DNA of 64,000 bases, taken from contig CBFIJH010000007.1 of NCBI GenBank assembly GCA_965662895.1, positions 42,346 through 106,345 of the forward strand. Reading direction: 5' to 3'. A model generated the notes under the pieces. That model did no database searches. It was not told the DNA's origin and was given only the letters and a program-made list of their open reading frames with translations. The stretch's first letter is position 1; each line of letters opens with the position of its first letter. Of this stretch, positions 8,963 through 19,471 are shown one piece after another. The stretch is from Candidatus Poseidoniaceae archaeon (GTDB lineage: Archaea > Thermoplasmatota > Poseidoniia > Poseidoniales > Poseidoniaceae). The position numbers were made by a program, and so were the translations under genes.

Positions 8963-9958
8963 ATGGCCGAGCCTATCCAGAGTCCCTTCCAAGCACCTGC
9001 TTGCGATGTGTGCGGCAAGGATGCTGTCGTCGAACAGGCCTATTCTGGGCGTATTTTATGCGGGCATCACCTCGAAAAGTCCATTCGAAAGAAAGTTGGC
9101 AAAGAATTGCGTAAGCAACTTGTTCTGGACAAATCGCAACCGACGACGGTTTTTGTTGCGATTTCTGGTGGGAAAGATTCAGCAGTTCTTCTGACGCTTC
9201 TCGTTGATCTCATCGGGATGCGTCGAGATGTCCGTATTGTTGCTGGTTGCGTTGATGAAGGAATCGATGGCTATCGCCCACCATCTCTCCAGTGTGCCAT
9301 CGATCTTTGTGAAACTCTAGATGTTGAATTCATTTCCACCAGTTACGAAGATCTCGATTTTCACCAGATGGACGAAGTAGTCAAGCGATTACCAATGATT
9401 TCAGAGAAGAAAGATGGCGCATCGACGATGCCTTGCTCGTATTGTGGAGTTTTCCGTCGGCAAGGTATCAATGCGCTTGCTCAACAAGTCGGCGCTGATG
9501 TGGTTGCGCTCGGTCACAATTTGGATGATATGGCCCAAACAGTTCTCATGAATATGACAAATGGAGATATTGAGCGAACGTTACGTCTAGCGCCACACAC
9601 CGATGCTCCAGTCAACGGGCTGCCACCAAGGATTGTTCCTTTACGTTGGATTCCCGAGCAAGAGATTCACCTGCTTGCGATGCACAAACAACTCCCGCTT
9701 CATCATGAAGAGTGTCCTTACGCACAAGGAGCCCTACGATGGCGATACCGGGACATTGTCGCACAACTTGAGCAGGATGTACCTGGGACGCGCCACAGTT
9801 TGGTCCGGATGTCGGACAACATCAAGACCGTTGCCCGTCAAGAGGTTCCACCCGTCCAAACGCATCCAACGAAATGCGAACGGTGTGGTTCACCAACATC
9901 AGGATCAACGTGCAAAGCTTGCGACATGCGAGATCTTCTCGATGTCGCCTCAGAGTAG
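8963..9958 (+). CDS. tRNA 2-thiolation protein, TtuA/Ncs6 (TIGR00269-like) family
   Basis: N-terminal CxxC zinc finger, PP-loop SGGKDS, CSYCGVFRR, GHNLDD, CPYA, C-terminal CxxC...CxxC. Confidence 0.9.
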   Translation: MAEPIQSPFQAPACDVCGKDAVVEQAYSGRILCGHHLEKSIRKKVGKELRKQLVLDKSQPTTVFVAISGGKDSAVLLTLLVDLIGMRRDVRIVAGCVDEGIDGYRPPSLQCAIDLCETLDVEFISTSYEDLDFHQMDEVVKRLPMISEKKDGASTMPCSYCGVFRRQGINALAQQVGADVVALGHNLDDMAQTVLMNMTNGDIERTLRLAPHTDAPVNGLPPRIVPLRWIPEQEIHLLAMHKQLPLHHEECPYAQGALRWRYRDIVAQLEQDVPGTRHSLVRMSDNIKTVARQEVPPVQTHPTKCERCGSPTSGSTCKACDMRDLLDVASE

Positions 9959-10426
9959 ATTGTGTATCAATTCGTCCAAATCTTGCGGACGTTGGCAATA
10001 ATGGCATCGTAGGGTGAGAGGATCTGTTTTGGTAACTTTTAGGCGATGCGGCAAAGGTTCCCTGGAATTTTGTGTTATGCAGTTGGAGAATGTGCATCGA
10101 ACAACGTTGCGAACCTCTTCACCCAAGTTCACCGTCAATTTCTCAGCTACGGTGTATGCTCGAATAATGGCGATACTGGACTCTGGGGAGACCAATGCTA
10201 AGCGATCAAGTTCAGATTGGGTCAATTCCCGATCTTCGACCTTGATGATGTCCTTCGCTCCCATCTTTTTCGATGGGACGTTCATAACCAAAGAAACGGG
10301 GACCGATGTATCGCTTGTCAGATTCAGCAGTTCAAGCACTTTGAGAGCTTGCCCTGAAGGGATGTGGTCAATGACGGTTCCATTCTTGATTGCAGTTACT
10401 CGGCGCATGTTGTGTTCTTCCACCAT
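9950..10426 (-). CDS. pyrI: Aspartate carbamoyltransferase regulatory subunit
   Basis: AIKNGTVIDHIP, NVPSKKMGAKDIIKVE, Zn-binding CxxxxC...CxYC. Confidence 0.95.
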   Translation of the reverse strand: MVEEHNMRRVTAIKNGTVIDHIPSGQALKVLELLNLTSDTSVPVSLVMNVPSKKMGAKDIIKVEDRELTQSELDRLALVSPESSIAIIRAYTVAEKLTVNLGEEVRNVVRCTFSNCITQNSREPLPHRLKVTKTDPLTLRCHYCQRPQDLDELIHNLL

Positions 10427-11370
10427 CAGGCTTCACCTCCAGCGATTTCTGCAGGAACTTCGATATTGAGCAGTCTGCAGAGCAAAGCCATTCGGGCGAC
10501 GACACCGTTGAATGCTTGCTCAAAATATCGTGCATGGCGGGTCTTGTCGACACTTGGATGAATCTCATCCACACGTGGTAGTGGATGGAGGATGACCATC
10601 CCAGACTTTGCGTTATCAAGGTCTCGTGCATGGAGTTTGTAAGCCCCAGCAACTTTAGCGTATTCATCCTCATCAGCAAATCGTTCCTTTTGAATACGCG
10701 TCATGTAGACGACATCGGCTTGGTTAATGTTGCCAAGAAGATCCTCCGTTTCTGTTACATCAGCGCCATGTTCTCGCAAATCTTCAACGATTTCAACAGG
10801 CATGCGAAGCAGATCAGGGGATGCGAAAATCAGCCGACAGCCAAATCGAACCAATGCATGGGAAAGGCTGTGAACGGTCCGACCATAACGTAGATCGCCG
10901 GCGAGAATAACGGTTAGACCTTCGAGCGTACCATGCGATTGTTGAATCGTAAACAAATCAAGCATGGTTTGGGTTGGATGATGTCCGGCACCGTCTCCAC
11001 CATTGAGAATAGGAACGCTTGCAGCATCTTGGGCATAGCGTGCAGCACCTTGTCGGGGATGACGCATTGCGATGATATCGGTGTACCCGTCAACCATCTG
11101 AATGGTATCGAACAATGTCTCTCCCTTGACGACAGAGGAGGTCTTCACATCACCAAGATTGACGACATCTCCGCCCAAGCGCTTCATTGCAGTTTCGAAG
11201 GACATTCGTGTCCGAGTGCTGGGTTCAAAGAAGAGGTTGCCAAGAATTTTCCCTTGCAAGAGCGGAAGATAGGTTTCGCCTCGAGCAACCGGTAGCAAGC
11301 GTTCAGCATCGGCAAGAATGCTGTGTATGTCTTCATTCGTTAAGTCGTCCATCGTGATGAGTCCTTTCAT
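10426..11370 (-). CDS. pyrB: Aspartate carbamoyltransferase catalytic subunit
   Basis: FFEPSTRTRMSFE, HPTQTMLD, GDLRYGRTVHSL, RIQKERF, HPLPRVDEI. Start moved to ATG 11370. Confidence 0.97.
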   Translation of the reverse strand: MKGLITMDDLTNEDIHSILADAERLLPVARGETYLPLLQGKILGNLFFEPSTRTRMSFETAMKRLGGDVVNLGDVKTSSVVKGETLFDTIQMVDGYTDIIAMRHPRQGAARYAQDAASVPILNGGDGAGHHPTQTMLDLFTIQQSHGTLEGLTVILAGDLRYGRTVHSLSHALVRFGCRLIFASPDLLRMPVEIVEDLREHGADVTETEDLLGNINQADVVYMTRIQKERFADEDEYAKVAGAYKLHARDLDNAKSGMVILHPLPRVDEIHPSVDKTRHARYFEQAFNGVVARMALLCRLLNIEVPAEIAGGEA

Positions 11371-11478
11371 TGAATGTCCCCTTCTATGCCAACCATCCAA
11401 GCACACCCTTGAACATTGTTGCCAGCCACTATGCAAAGAGTCGGTGGTTTCATCATCCAAGCCCTTTCTGGTTGATTC

Positions 11479-13242
11479 ATGCTCTGGGGCGATGTCGATG
11501 AGGCGATACAAGCCGAGCGTTTGGTTCGAATTCAGAGAATCGAGCGATTGAGTACCATTTGCGCCTTATTTTGTCTCAGTGGAGCGGTTTGGCTGGCTTG
11601 GCCAGTACTCAAGGATGCATTTGTTGGTGATGCGAGCCTCCTTACTGGGCTTGGAATGCCAGTCCTTGTTCTACTTTGGGGCATTGTCATACAGGACCTC
11701 ATTCTCGATGATCCTCGAGCTCGCACACGAATCGGAGCGGCTTCAAGCATCATCTGGCCAGTATTTCTTGTGTTTGCCTTGCGGTCCTATTCAACAAATC
11801 CGACCGATCTTCTCGCAATGGTTCTCTTCGCAGCATTGGGTTTTGCAACGTACCAATCGTCAGCAAACACGCTCCGCGGTGGAATCGATGTTATGCGGTT
11901 CCGAGCGATGATGACGGGTCTTGGTGCACTAACAGTGCTTGGTGTGCTTGTAGGCGACCGAGCAGGTCGAACGTGGATTGTTGAGCCTGAAGATTGGGCT
12001 CACCCTATCTTGTGCCTTGTGATACTTCTTCACGTGGGATATCTTTGGATTGCGGGCGATGATATGCGAGAAGAACGGAAAGCCTTCCGCCAAGAACTCG
12101 ATATCATTGAGAATCGATTGCTCGTTTTGCGATCTGAAGGAGCCGCTGTTGATCAGGCCAGTAGCCTTGTCATGACGGCAAAGGAGGAAGGCCACATCGA
12201 CCCGTCATTCGGTATGCGTCTCCTTCGTGAGGCAACCGAAGACATAGAGCGTTCGTTATCCCTTGCTACGGACGTCGATGTTGTGCGAGGTGAAGCCCTT
12301 CTCGTCATTCAGCACGCTGAAGAATTGGCACCTCTCGCCAAGCGTCCACGTAAGTCTTACGAAATGGGAGAACGAGAAGCTTCTCTAGGTTCTCTGCGGG
12401 AAGCGGAAGGACTCTTTCGTCAAGCGAAGCGAAGAGCGCAAGAAATCGTTACCTGGTGGGAGCAAGCAGAAGAAGCCATCCAAACAGCGGACGAACTACT
12501 CACCGGCAAATCCGGCGCAACCATCGACAATTTGCGTCAAATCATTCGCGACGCACGAAAGCAACTTGACCGGGAGGCACCAAAGAAGGCATTCGAACTT
12601 GCATGTGTGATCCCGATTCAATTGCAAGCAGATGGTGATGCTCGTGAGCGTGCAGTTGAAGTTTTGAGCGATGCAGCAAAAGCACTCAAAGCAACAGATG
12701 GATTCGACACCAATGAACTTGAAAAGCGCCTTGAGCAGGCAGAATCAGCGCTCGAAGCGGGTGATACAGGTCAATCGATTGGCCTTGCAGAGGGGGTTCT
12801 TCGCGTGATTCAAATTGAACGCGAATCCATGGAGACGGTCCGTCGCGCACTCCGCCAACGCAAGAAGATCACAGAGCGATTTGAACATTTTACTGATGCC
12901 GAAGAATGGATGGCTCGATTTAAACAGGTTCAGAACGCAGCGGATGAGCGGGAATGGAGTCATGCGGCAACGTTGCTTGAACGTTTAACCATCGACCTCG
13001 ATGCACTCGGTAGCGAACAAGACGAAGCACAGGCATTGCTTGATTTCGTTCGCCAAGAATGGGCAGTCTTGCGAAACCAATGCAATGCTTCGAGCATACC
13101 GGTTTCGGATGAGGATATGAGACAAACTGAGGCGGCAGTTTCCCTCGCAGAAGAATATCTCACGAAAGGCCAGGTTGAAGCATCCCTCAAGCAACTTGGT
13201 CAAGCCGATGCTTCGATGGAACGACTTCGAAGGCGAGTTTAA
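11479..13242 (+). CDS. Membrane protein (about 6 N-terminal TMs) with long helical-repeat C-terminal region
   Basis: 587 aa. Hydrophobic aa 25-190, followed by A/E/R/L-rich helices. Confidence 0.75.
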   Translation: MLWGDVDEAIQAERLVRIQRIERLSTICALFCLSGAVWLAWPVLKDAFVGDASLLTGLGMPVLVLLWGIVIQDLILDDPRARTRIGAASSIIWPVFLVFALRSYSTNPTDLLAMVLFAALGFATYQSSANTLRGGIDVMRFRAMMTGLGALTVLGVLVGDRAGRTWIVEPEDWAHPILCLVILLHVGYLWIAGDDMREERKAFRQELDIIENRLLVLRSEGAAVDQASSLVMTAKEEGHIDPSFGMRLLREATEDIERSLSLATDVDVVRGEALLVIQHAEELAPLAKRPRKSYEMGEREASLGSLREAEGLFRQAKRRAQEIVTWWEQAEEAIQTADELLTGKSGATIDNLRQIIRDARKQLDREAPKKAFELACVIPIQLQADGDARERAVEVLSDAAKALKATDGFDTNELEKRLEQAESALEAGDTGQSIGLAEGVLRVIQIERESMETVRRALRQRKKITERFEHFTDAEEWMARFKQVQNAADEREWSHAATLLERLTIDLDALGSEQDEAQALLDFVRQEWAVLRNQCNASSIPVSDEDMRQTEAAVSLAEEYLTKGQVEASLKQLGQADASMERLRRRV

Positions 13243-15801
13243 TCAAACCAAACCACGTTGAGCAAGGTTGTCGATGTCCAATCCACTCGGTAATCCAAGG
13301 TCAACAGGCATACCTGCAATGGTTACAACAATTCCATAGAGGTGAAGATAAAGCCCATGCGGGGGTTGATTTTCTGCGTCAAATGGAATCTTTTTCCATA
13401 CTTTTGACTTCATGTAATGATTTGCAACGGATTCCTCCTTTGAGTGAACAATCCATACATTTGCTTGACTTGCATGCTTTTTCGCTGCTGTCGAACCGAG
13501 CCGAGGTGAAACGTGGACGGTGTGAAGGATCGGCCAATTACGCACCCAATCGCCTTCAGAATCGATGAGCATCGTCATCTTGGTTGGTTCGGTTGCCATA
13601 GAATCGAGCAGTCCGAGTTCATTCAGAATCCGAATCAATGACCGAACATGGGGGTGGCGAGGTTCCTTTGTTCGTAACTCTCGTCCGATTCGGACTGCAG
13701 TGTTCGGTCGATTGGCATCCAAGTGCAACAAGGCAGCAACAACTCGACCTTGCGCCCACGATGTTGACGGTAACTTTGAATCGTCTTCATGTTGTTTCAT
13801 GAACGATTCAAGCATGGAAAGTGCCTCCTCACTGCGGCCCTCCAAACGCATGCGTGCACAATCTCCGAGGAGAATGAGTCGATCTGCGGGTTTGTTGCGA
13901 TATTTTCGATTGCTTCGTGGATTTCCTTCAGAGGTACGCTTCAACAAATCGATGTTTCTACGCATTAAGGGATCAACGCCCAAGACCGGTTGCGAGGCAT
14001 CTGGAACAACACGTTTCGGGTCAAGAACAGCAGCAAACCATTGCAAACGTGCTGCCTCAATATCGCTCTTGTTAAGGAGTGCAAGGCGAGGCGCTGCTTC
14101 GGGTAGGTCGCGTTGACACAAGCTTGCAGCAGCGAGAATCAATCGGGCAACTTGGGCATCTCTCCCTGCCTGCAAAGCCAACAAGGAGACAGCATTTTCT
14201 TCGGCCTCTTCCCAACGATTCATCCCTGCATAAAGTTGCATCTTTGCATTTGTTTGTCGAAGCAAATCGAGTCCTTGTGTTGAGGCCTCAGAGGGGTTCA
14301 AAATCTCATCGTAGAATTCAATCGCTTTTGTCCACCGATCCTTTGCGATAAGTTCCGTGAAAGGTCGTTGTTTGAGATAAATCATATCCTCCATTTGTGT
14401 AAGCATTTGTCGTTGTTCACTGATGCTTGCATCAAACGAGATGTCATCAAGTTTTGAACCAACTTGCAATGAAGTCAACCAAACGAGAAGGAAACAAACT
14501 TGACCACCAGATGCTAACATCCACGTTAGTTCCTCCATCGCATCCTTTTCGACATAGGTACACAATGTTCCTTCCCAGTCACCGCAAGCAGCACCCTGGG
14601 GAAGGAAACTTGAATCCCAGAAGGTGATCATGGCAAGTGCCAAGAGAAGCATCGACTGTCCAGCAAATCCAGTGAAGCAGAAGTTCAGAACTTTTGCTTG
14701 CTGACTTCGCTCTGCTCGCAGCAAACGGCTGTCTGCGAGCCGGATACCACCTCGGCCCGATACATCTTGAACATCAAGGAACAAGATACGAGCAACTTCG
14801 TAAACGAAAAGAAAACCAACCAAGGCGACGTTCAGCAACAAGAACAGGAGAATCGAGGTAACCAACGGTACGCGTAAGCCAGGGTCGGGAATATTGGAGA
14901 ACAATTCGATGAGAAAGAACCCAAGGATACCACCTTCTTCCATGATGGTTGCTTGCTCTCGGTATTCAGGCAACGCAATGACTTGGTCAGAGTGCGTAAA
15001 CAATTCTGGAGATACGATGATTGCAATGAGGGATAACAAGGTGTTGATCGCAACAACGGGCATGGCTATGGTGTTGAGATGAACAATTCGAGCAATGACT
15101 TGCTGTCGGGCGTTTGGCGAATGATTGTGAAACGGTGATGGATTTCCTTTCGCAATTTGAGAAGATGATTGACGCAGTGCCTGCCATGATGTTCCCATGA
15201 CGCGGCCATATGCAACAATCGATGGGGAGAAGGCAACGAGAAGCGTGATGCTCAATCGGTGCGTGAATGCAATATCCCACGTGCCGAGAATTGAATACAA
15301 AAATCCAACACCAATGAACCAACATAGAGTCAGTGCGATGTAGGCTGTGTTGCGAGCACTGCTCGAAACCTGCAGTTTTGCTTTCCCGTGACCAATCGGT
15401 TTGATGATTTGCGCACCAAGAGAGGAACCGGATGAAATCACTGCTGGAAGGATGATGAGAATCAAAGCAAGTGAGATGTTTGGAGCATGAAACCCATCGC
15501 TCCATCCTTGTGCATAGATGATGTATTCAAAGAACAACAACAATGCGCCAGTAAGTGCAAAAAGATAGGTTGCAACACCAAACCGCATACCTCGACTACG
15601 AAGGAGATCACGTGCTTCACTGAAGGAATCTGTGACCGTGTGGACTTCGTATCGTTTCGGTCCGGTTTCAAACGCGACTTGCAGCCCACGCAATTGACGG
15701 GGAACAACGGTTCTCCAGAACAAGAGCGCAATCACGGCTGCAAGAAGAAGGGGAACTGTGGCAATTGAGGCAAAGCCCTCAACAATCACTGGTCCACTCA
15801 T
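13243..15801 (-). CDS. Large polytopic membrane protein with TPR-like C-terminal region
   Basis: 852 aa. About 9-10 hydrophobic segments in the N-terminal half, helical repeat-like C-terminal half. Confidence 0.75.
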   Translation of the reverse strand: MSGPVIVEGFASIATVPLLLAAVIALLFWRTVVPRQLRGLQVAFETGPKRYEVHTVTDSFSEARDLLRSRGMRFGVATYLFALTGALLLFFEYIIYAQGWSDGFHAPNISLALILIILPAVISSGSSLGAQIIKPIGHGKAKLQVSSSARNTAYIALTLCWFIGVGFLYSILGTWDIAFTHRLSITLLVAFSPSIVAYGRVMGTSWQALRQSSSQIAKGNPSPFHNHSPNARQQVIARIVHLNTIAMPVVAINTLLSLIAIIVSPELFTHSDQVIALPEYREQATIMEEGGILGFFLIELFSNIPDPGLRVPLVTSILLFLLLNVALVGFLFVYEVARILFLDVQDVSGRGGIRLADSRLLRAERSQQAKVLNFCFTGFAGQSMLLLALAMITFWDSSFLPQGAACGDWEGTLCTYVEKDAMEELTWMLASGGQVCFLLVWLTSLQVGSKLDDISFDASISEQRQMLTQMEDMIYLKQRPFTELIAKDRWTKAIEFYDEILNPSEASTQGLDLLRQTNAKMQLYAGMNRWEEAEENAVSLLALQAGRDAQVARLILAAASLCQRDLPEAAPRLALLNKSDIEAARLQWFAAVLDPKRVVPDASQPVLGVDPLMRRNIDLLKRTSEGNPRSNRKYRNKPADRLILLGDCARMRLEGRSEEALSMLESFMKQHEDDSKLPSTSWAQGRVVAALLHLDANRPNTAVRIGRELRTKEPRHPHVRSLIRILNELGLLDSMATEPTKMTMLIDSEGDWVRNWPILHTVHVSPRLGSTAAKKHASQANVWIVHSKEESVANHYMKSKVWKKIPFDAENQPPHGLYLHLYGIVVTIAGMPVDLGLPSGLDIDNLAQRGLV

Positions 15802-15857
15802 GCTTTTCCCACGTCTTGCTTCCTTTTATGCAGTGCGAAACAATGTCACTTTAGGAT

Positions 15858-17885
15858 TCACTTTTCGTTGCGAACAGGAACCAAACTTGGTTCTGCGATT
15901 TTATCATCGATTTCTTGTTTCAAATCCTTGATGAATGCATCAACAGGAATGTCTGCGATTTGATCGCCAGTACGGGAGCGCAAAGAGACACAATTGTTGT
16001 TCATTTCCCCATCACCGAGGATTATCAAGTAGGCAGGTCGCATTTTCCGATGGGTTCGAATCTTCTTTCCGATCGTGTCGTCTCCATCATCGATTTTTAC
16101 ACGAACACCGTGTTCTTGCAACTTCTCGGCGACCTGTGAAGCGTATTGCTTGTGCTTTTCCGATATGGTGAGAATGTGGACTTGTGTGGGCGACAACCAC
16201 GTGGGGAATTTCCCAGCAAAGTGTTCGATGAGGACACCACAAAAACGTTCCATGGACCCAAATGGAGCACGATGAATCATCACAGGACGATGATTCTCCC
16301 CATCGCTTCCTTTGTACCATAGATCGAACCGTTCGGGAAGATTGTAATCCACTTGTACCGTGCCTAGTTGCCACTCTCGCCCAATGACATCCTTGACAAC
16401 AAAGTCAATTTTTGGACCGTAGAATGCGGCTTCTCCTTCTTCTTCGGACCAATTGACGCCAAGTTTTGCAGCAGCTGATCGGCATGCTTCCTCTGCTCGA
16501 TCCCATTGTTTGGATTCTCCGACGTATTTGTCGCTGTTTGGGTCACGCAAACCGACGCGAACCCTGTAATCATGCATCCCAAGAACATCAAAAATTGTTT
16601 GAACCAATTCAATACAACCCATGACCTCATCAGCAATTTGGTCTTCAGTCACGAACAGATGTGCATCGTCTTGCGTGAATCCACGGACACGAGTCATCCC
16701 TGAAATTTCACCGGATTGTTCCCATCGATAAACAGTTCCAAACTCAGCCAATCGGAGTGGAAGGTCACGATAAGAACGTGCTTGAGAGGCATAGATTTTG
16801 ACGTGATGCGGGCAGTTCATTGGTTTGAGCATGTATCCGTCAATATCGCCTGAATTCATCATGTTGGAAAGTTCGGAACATGAGCACCCTTCATCAGCGA
16901 GTTTCTTCATCAGTTCGCGCTCGACCAGGGGAGGATATTGACTGTCTTGGTAATAAGGGAAATGACCGGAGGTTCGGTACAGATCGAGTTTACCAATGTG
17001 TGGCGTAAACACCTGGTCGTAGCCTTGCCGCCGCAAATGGTGGGAGATGAAATCTTGGAGTTGTTGTCGGACAATGGCGCCTCGAGGCGTCCAAAGGATG
17101 AGGCCTTGTCCGACCTCTTCGTCAACGTGGAACAATTGCAAATCCTTGCCCAATTTTCGATGGTCTCGAAGCTTGGCTTGTTCCATTTGATGAAGGGTTG
17201 CCTTGAGTGCTTCCTTGGTCGGTTCAACGATTCCATAAATCCGAACCAATTGTTCTCTGGATTGATCGCCTCGCCAGTACGCTGAGGAGACTGATGTCAA
17301 ACGACTGAACATCAATTTCGCTGTACTGGGTACGTGTGGGCCAAGGCACAGATCATACCATTCACCTTGCTTGTAGATAGTTGAACCATGTCCATCTTCG
17401 AGCTTATCATCGATGATTTCAATCTTGTATGGGTTGGATGTAAAATGCTCACGAAGGTCGTGTTCATCCAACTCAACCCGTTCCACCTTGAGATTGCGGC
17501 GAGCAAGTTCATGCATTTTCTTCTCGATTGGTTTCAAATCGCTTTCACTAATGGGTTCCATTGCAAAATCGTAGTAGAAACCTCGGTCGATGGCAGGACC
17601 GATTGTTGGTTTTGCATCAGGATAGAGTTCCATCACCGCTTGGGCAAGAAGGTGCGCAGCACTGTGACGAAGAATGTGCATACCTTCATCGCTCGCTGCG
17701 AGAATCCCCTCAAGATTGCAATCTTGATCCAACGCAGCTGAGAGATCACGCTCGACGTTATCGACTCGCGCAGCAAGACATCCGTGTTTCTTGCCAAGGG
17801 CATCAACAACGACTTCACCAGCAGTGATGCCAGCAGCATATTCGTTGACTGTACCATCCGGCAACGTGACATTGACCATCGACAT
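15858..17885 (-). CDS. thrS: Threonine--tRNA ligase, bacterial type
   Basis: TGS domain, editing domain (HSAAHLLAQA, DLCLGPH), RDHRKLG, KPMNCPHH, YRWEQSG, RVRGFTQDDAH, HRAPFGSMERF, anticodon-binding domain. Confidence 0.97.
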   Translation of the reverse strand: MSMVNVTLPDGTVNEYAAGITAGEVVVDALGKKHGCLAARVDNVERDLSAALDQDCNLEGILAASDEGMHILRHSAAHLLAQAVMELYPDAKPTIGPAIDRGFYYDFAMEPISESDLKPIEKKMHELARRNLKVERVELDEHDLREHFTSNPYKIEIIDDKLEDGHGSTIYKQGEWYDLCLGPHVPSTAKLMFSRLTSVSSAYWRGDQSREQLVRIYGIVEPTKEALKATLHQMEQAKLRDHRKLGKDLQLFHVDEEVGQGLILWTPRGAIVRQQLQDFISHHLRRQGYDQVFTPHIGKLDLYRTSGHFPYYQDSQYPPLVERELMKKLADEGCSCSELSNMMNSGDIDGYMLKPMNCPHHVKIYASQARSYRDLPLRLAEFGTVYRWEQSGEISGMTRVRGFTQDDAHLFVTEDQIADEVMGCIELVQTIFDVLGMHDYRVRVGLRDPNSDKYVGESKQWDRAEEACRSAAAKLGVNWSEEEGEAAFYGPKIDFVVKDVIGREWQLGTVQVDYNLPERFDLWYKGSDGENHRPVMIHRAPFGSMERFCGVLIEHFAGKFPTWLSPTQVHILTISEKHKQYASQVAEKLQEHGVRVKIDDGDDTIGKKIRTHRKMRPAYLIILGDGEMNNNCVSLRSRTGDQIADIPVDAFIKDLKQEIDDKIAEPSLVPVRNEK

Positions 17886-17941
17886 AAGGACGCCTCTTGT
17901 CAACGCCTCGACGGCCTTATTCATCAATGCGACGCTTGAAA

Positions 17942-18238
17942 TTACCACTCAACGATGATGTCGTCGTCCAAATCTTGACTAGGCTTTTCGAGAATAACCT
18001 GTTCTTTCACTTCCTTTGGATTCGGTTCTTTTTTGGGTGCAACAACGAAAGAATCAGCTGCTTCGATTGGGTTGAGTTTGAAACCAAACTGAGGTTTTGC
18101 GGGCTCTGCAGGTGGCGTTTCAAGTGGTTGCTTGGTCGCATTTTCTTCCTCTACAGTTTCACCCTTCCCCATATCTTTCAGGCTTTTTTGCATAATCTCC
18201 TCAAGCGTAATCTCATCCGATGTTGAACGTTTGGCCAT
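17942..18238 (-). CDS. Hypothetical acidic/Pro-rich protein
   Basis: 98-aa ATG-initiated ORF filling the gap upstream of thrS. Composition suggests disorder. Confidence 0.55.
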   Translation of the reverse strand: MAKRSTSDEITLEEIMQKSLKDMGKGETVEEENATKQPLETPPAEPAKPQFGFKLNPIEAADSFVVAPKKEPNPKEVKEQVILEKPSQDLDDDIIVEW

Positions 18239-18334
18239 GAATGGCGATAACAGGCGATAACATCAAAACATCGGTTTTTTGATTTCATACGGACAAGAGC
18301 AATGATTGAAAACAAACAGAAACGACGTTCCATC

Positions 18335-19471
18335 ATGCGAATCGGCATTGTGGTCAATCCAGACGCTGGACTTGGAGGTCGATTGGGTTTCAAAGGCAGT
18401 GATGGGCGAGCAAAAGAAGCCAGGGAAGCAGGAGCAGTTGACCGTTCTGGACCACGTATGCAACAGTGCGTGACGAAATTCACTGAATTCCAACAATCAA
18501 GCCTGAATCGCATGGGTGTTTCGCCGACCTTTGTGGCTTGGACGGGGCGAATGGGTGGTGATTGGTTGGAAGGTATTGCCTACGAGTCCTTGCAACCCTC
18601 TCCAACGGAATCGACCGCGGAGGACACAGCGGCCCTTGTTCATGATTTACTCGCAGCCAATGTGGATGCAATTCTCTATGCTGGCGGAGATGGAACAACC
18701 CGTGATATCGTCAATGCCCTCAATGGTCATGAAACCCCATTAATCGGCGTACCTGCTGGTGTTAAGATGCATTCAGGCTGTTTTGCTACAACTCCGAATG
18801 CAGCTGCTGAGGTTTTGCTCGCCTTCCTTCAAGGTGATCTCATGGTTGCCATCACGGAAGTCATGGACCTTGATGAAGAGACGTACCAGAAAGGGGAATG
18901 GAACGTGCGGATGTACGGTGAGGCATGGACACCATCAAGCCCTCGATTCATGCAAGGTGCAAAAGAACAAGTCGAACGAGCAAGTGAATCAGAAACGATT
19001 GAAGGACTAGCGAATCATATCGGAAATTTGATCGAAGCAGACCCTGAACTCATGATCATTTGGGGTAGTGGTGGAACCCTACGCCGCATGGGAGAACACC
19101 TTGGTGTTGAATTGACGCTTCTCGGTATTGACATTCAGCACAGAGGTTCAATTCATGCCGATTTGAACGAAACCTCACTGCTTGAACATCTTCGTGAGTA
19201 TGATGGACCACGTTTGCTTCTTCTTTCTCCGATGGGCGGGCAAGGGTTCCTCATTGGACGCGGCAATCTCCAACTTTCACCTGATGTGTTGAGAGTGATT
19301 GGATTGGATTCAATCCTTGGCGTTGCAACCCCGTCGAAATTGCTCGGATTGTCGAGCGTGCGTATTGATACGGGCGATGTTTCACTTGATGAGGAATTCC
19401 AACAACGTCGTTTCGTGAAATTGCTTCAAGGGTACAGGACGACGAGAGTTATTCGCGTCCTTGAAGCCTAA
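18335..19471 (+). CDS. ATP-NAD kinase-like protein (COG3199 type)
   Basis: [60 protein letters not shown]. Confidence 0.85.
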   Translation: MRIGIVVNPDAGLGGRLGFKGSDGRAKEAREAGAVDRSGPRMQQCVTKFTEFQQSSLNRMGVSPTFVAWTGRMGGDWLEGIAYESLQPSPTESTAEDTAALVHDLLAANVDAILYAGGDGTTRDIVNALNGHETPLIGVPAGVKMHSGCFATTPNAAAEVLLAFLQGDLMVAITEVMDLDEETYQKGEWNVRMYGEAWTPSSPRFMQGAKEQVERASESETIEGLANHIGNLIEADPELMIIWGSGGTLRRMGEHLGVELTLLGIDIQHRGSIHADLNETSLLEHLREYDGPRLLLLSPMGGQGFLIGRGNLQLSPDVLRVIGLDSILGVATPSKLLGLSSVRIDTGDVSLDEEFQQRRFVKLLQGYRTTRVIRVLEA

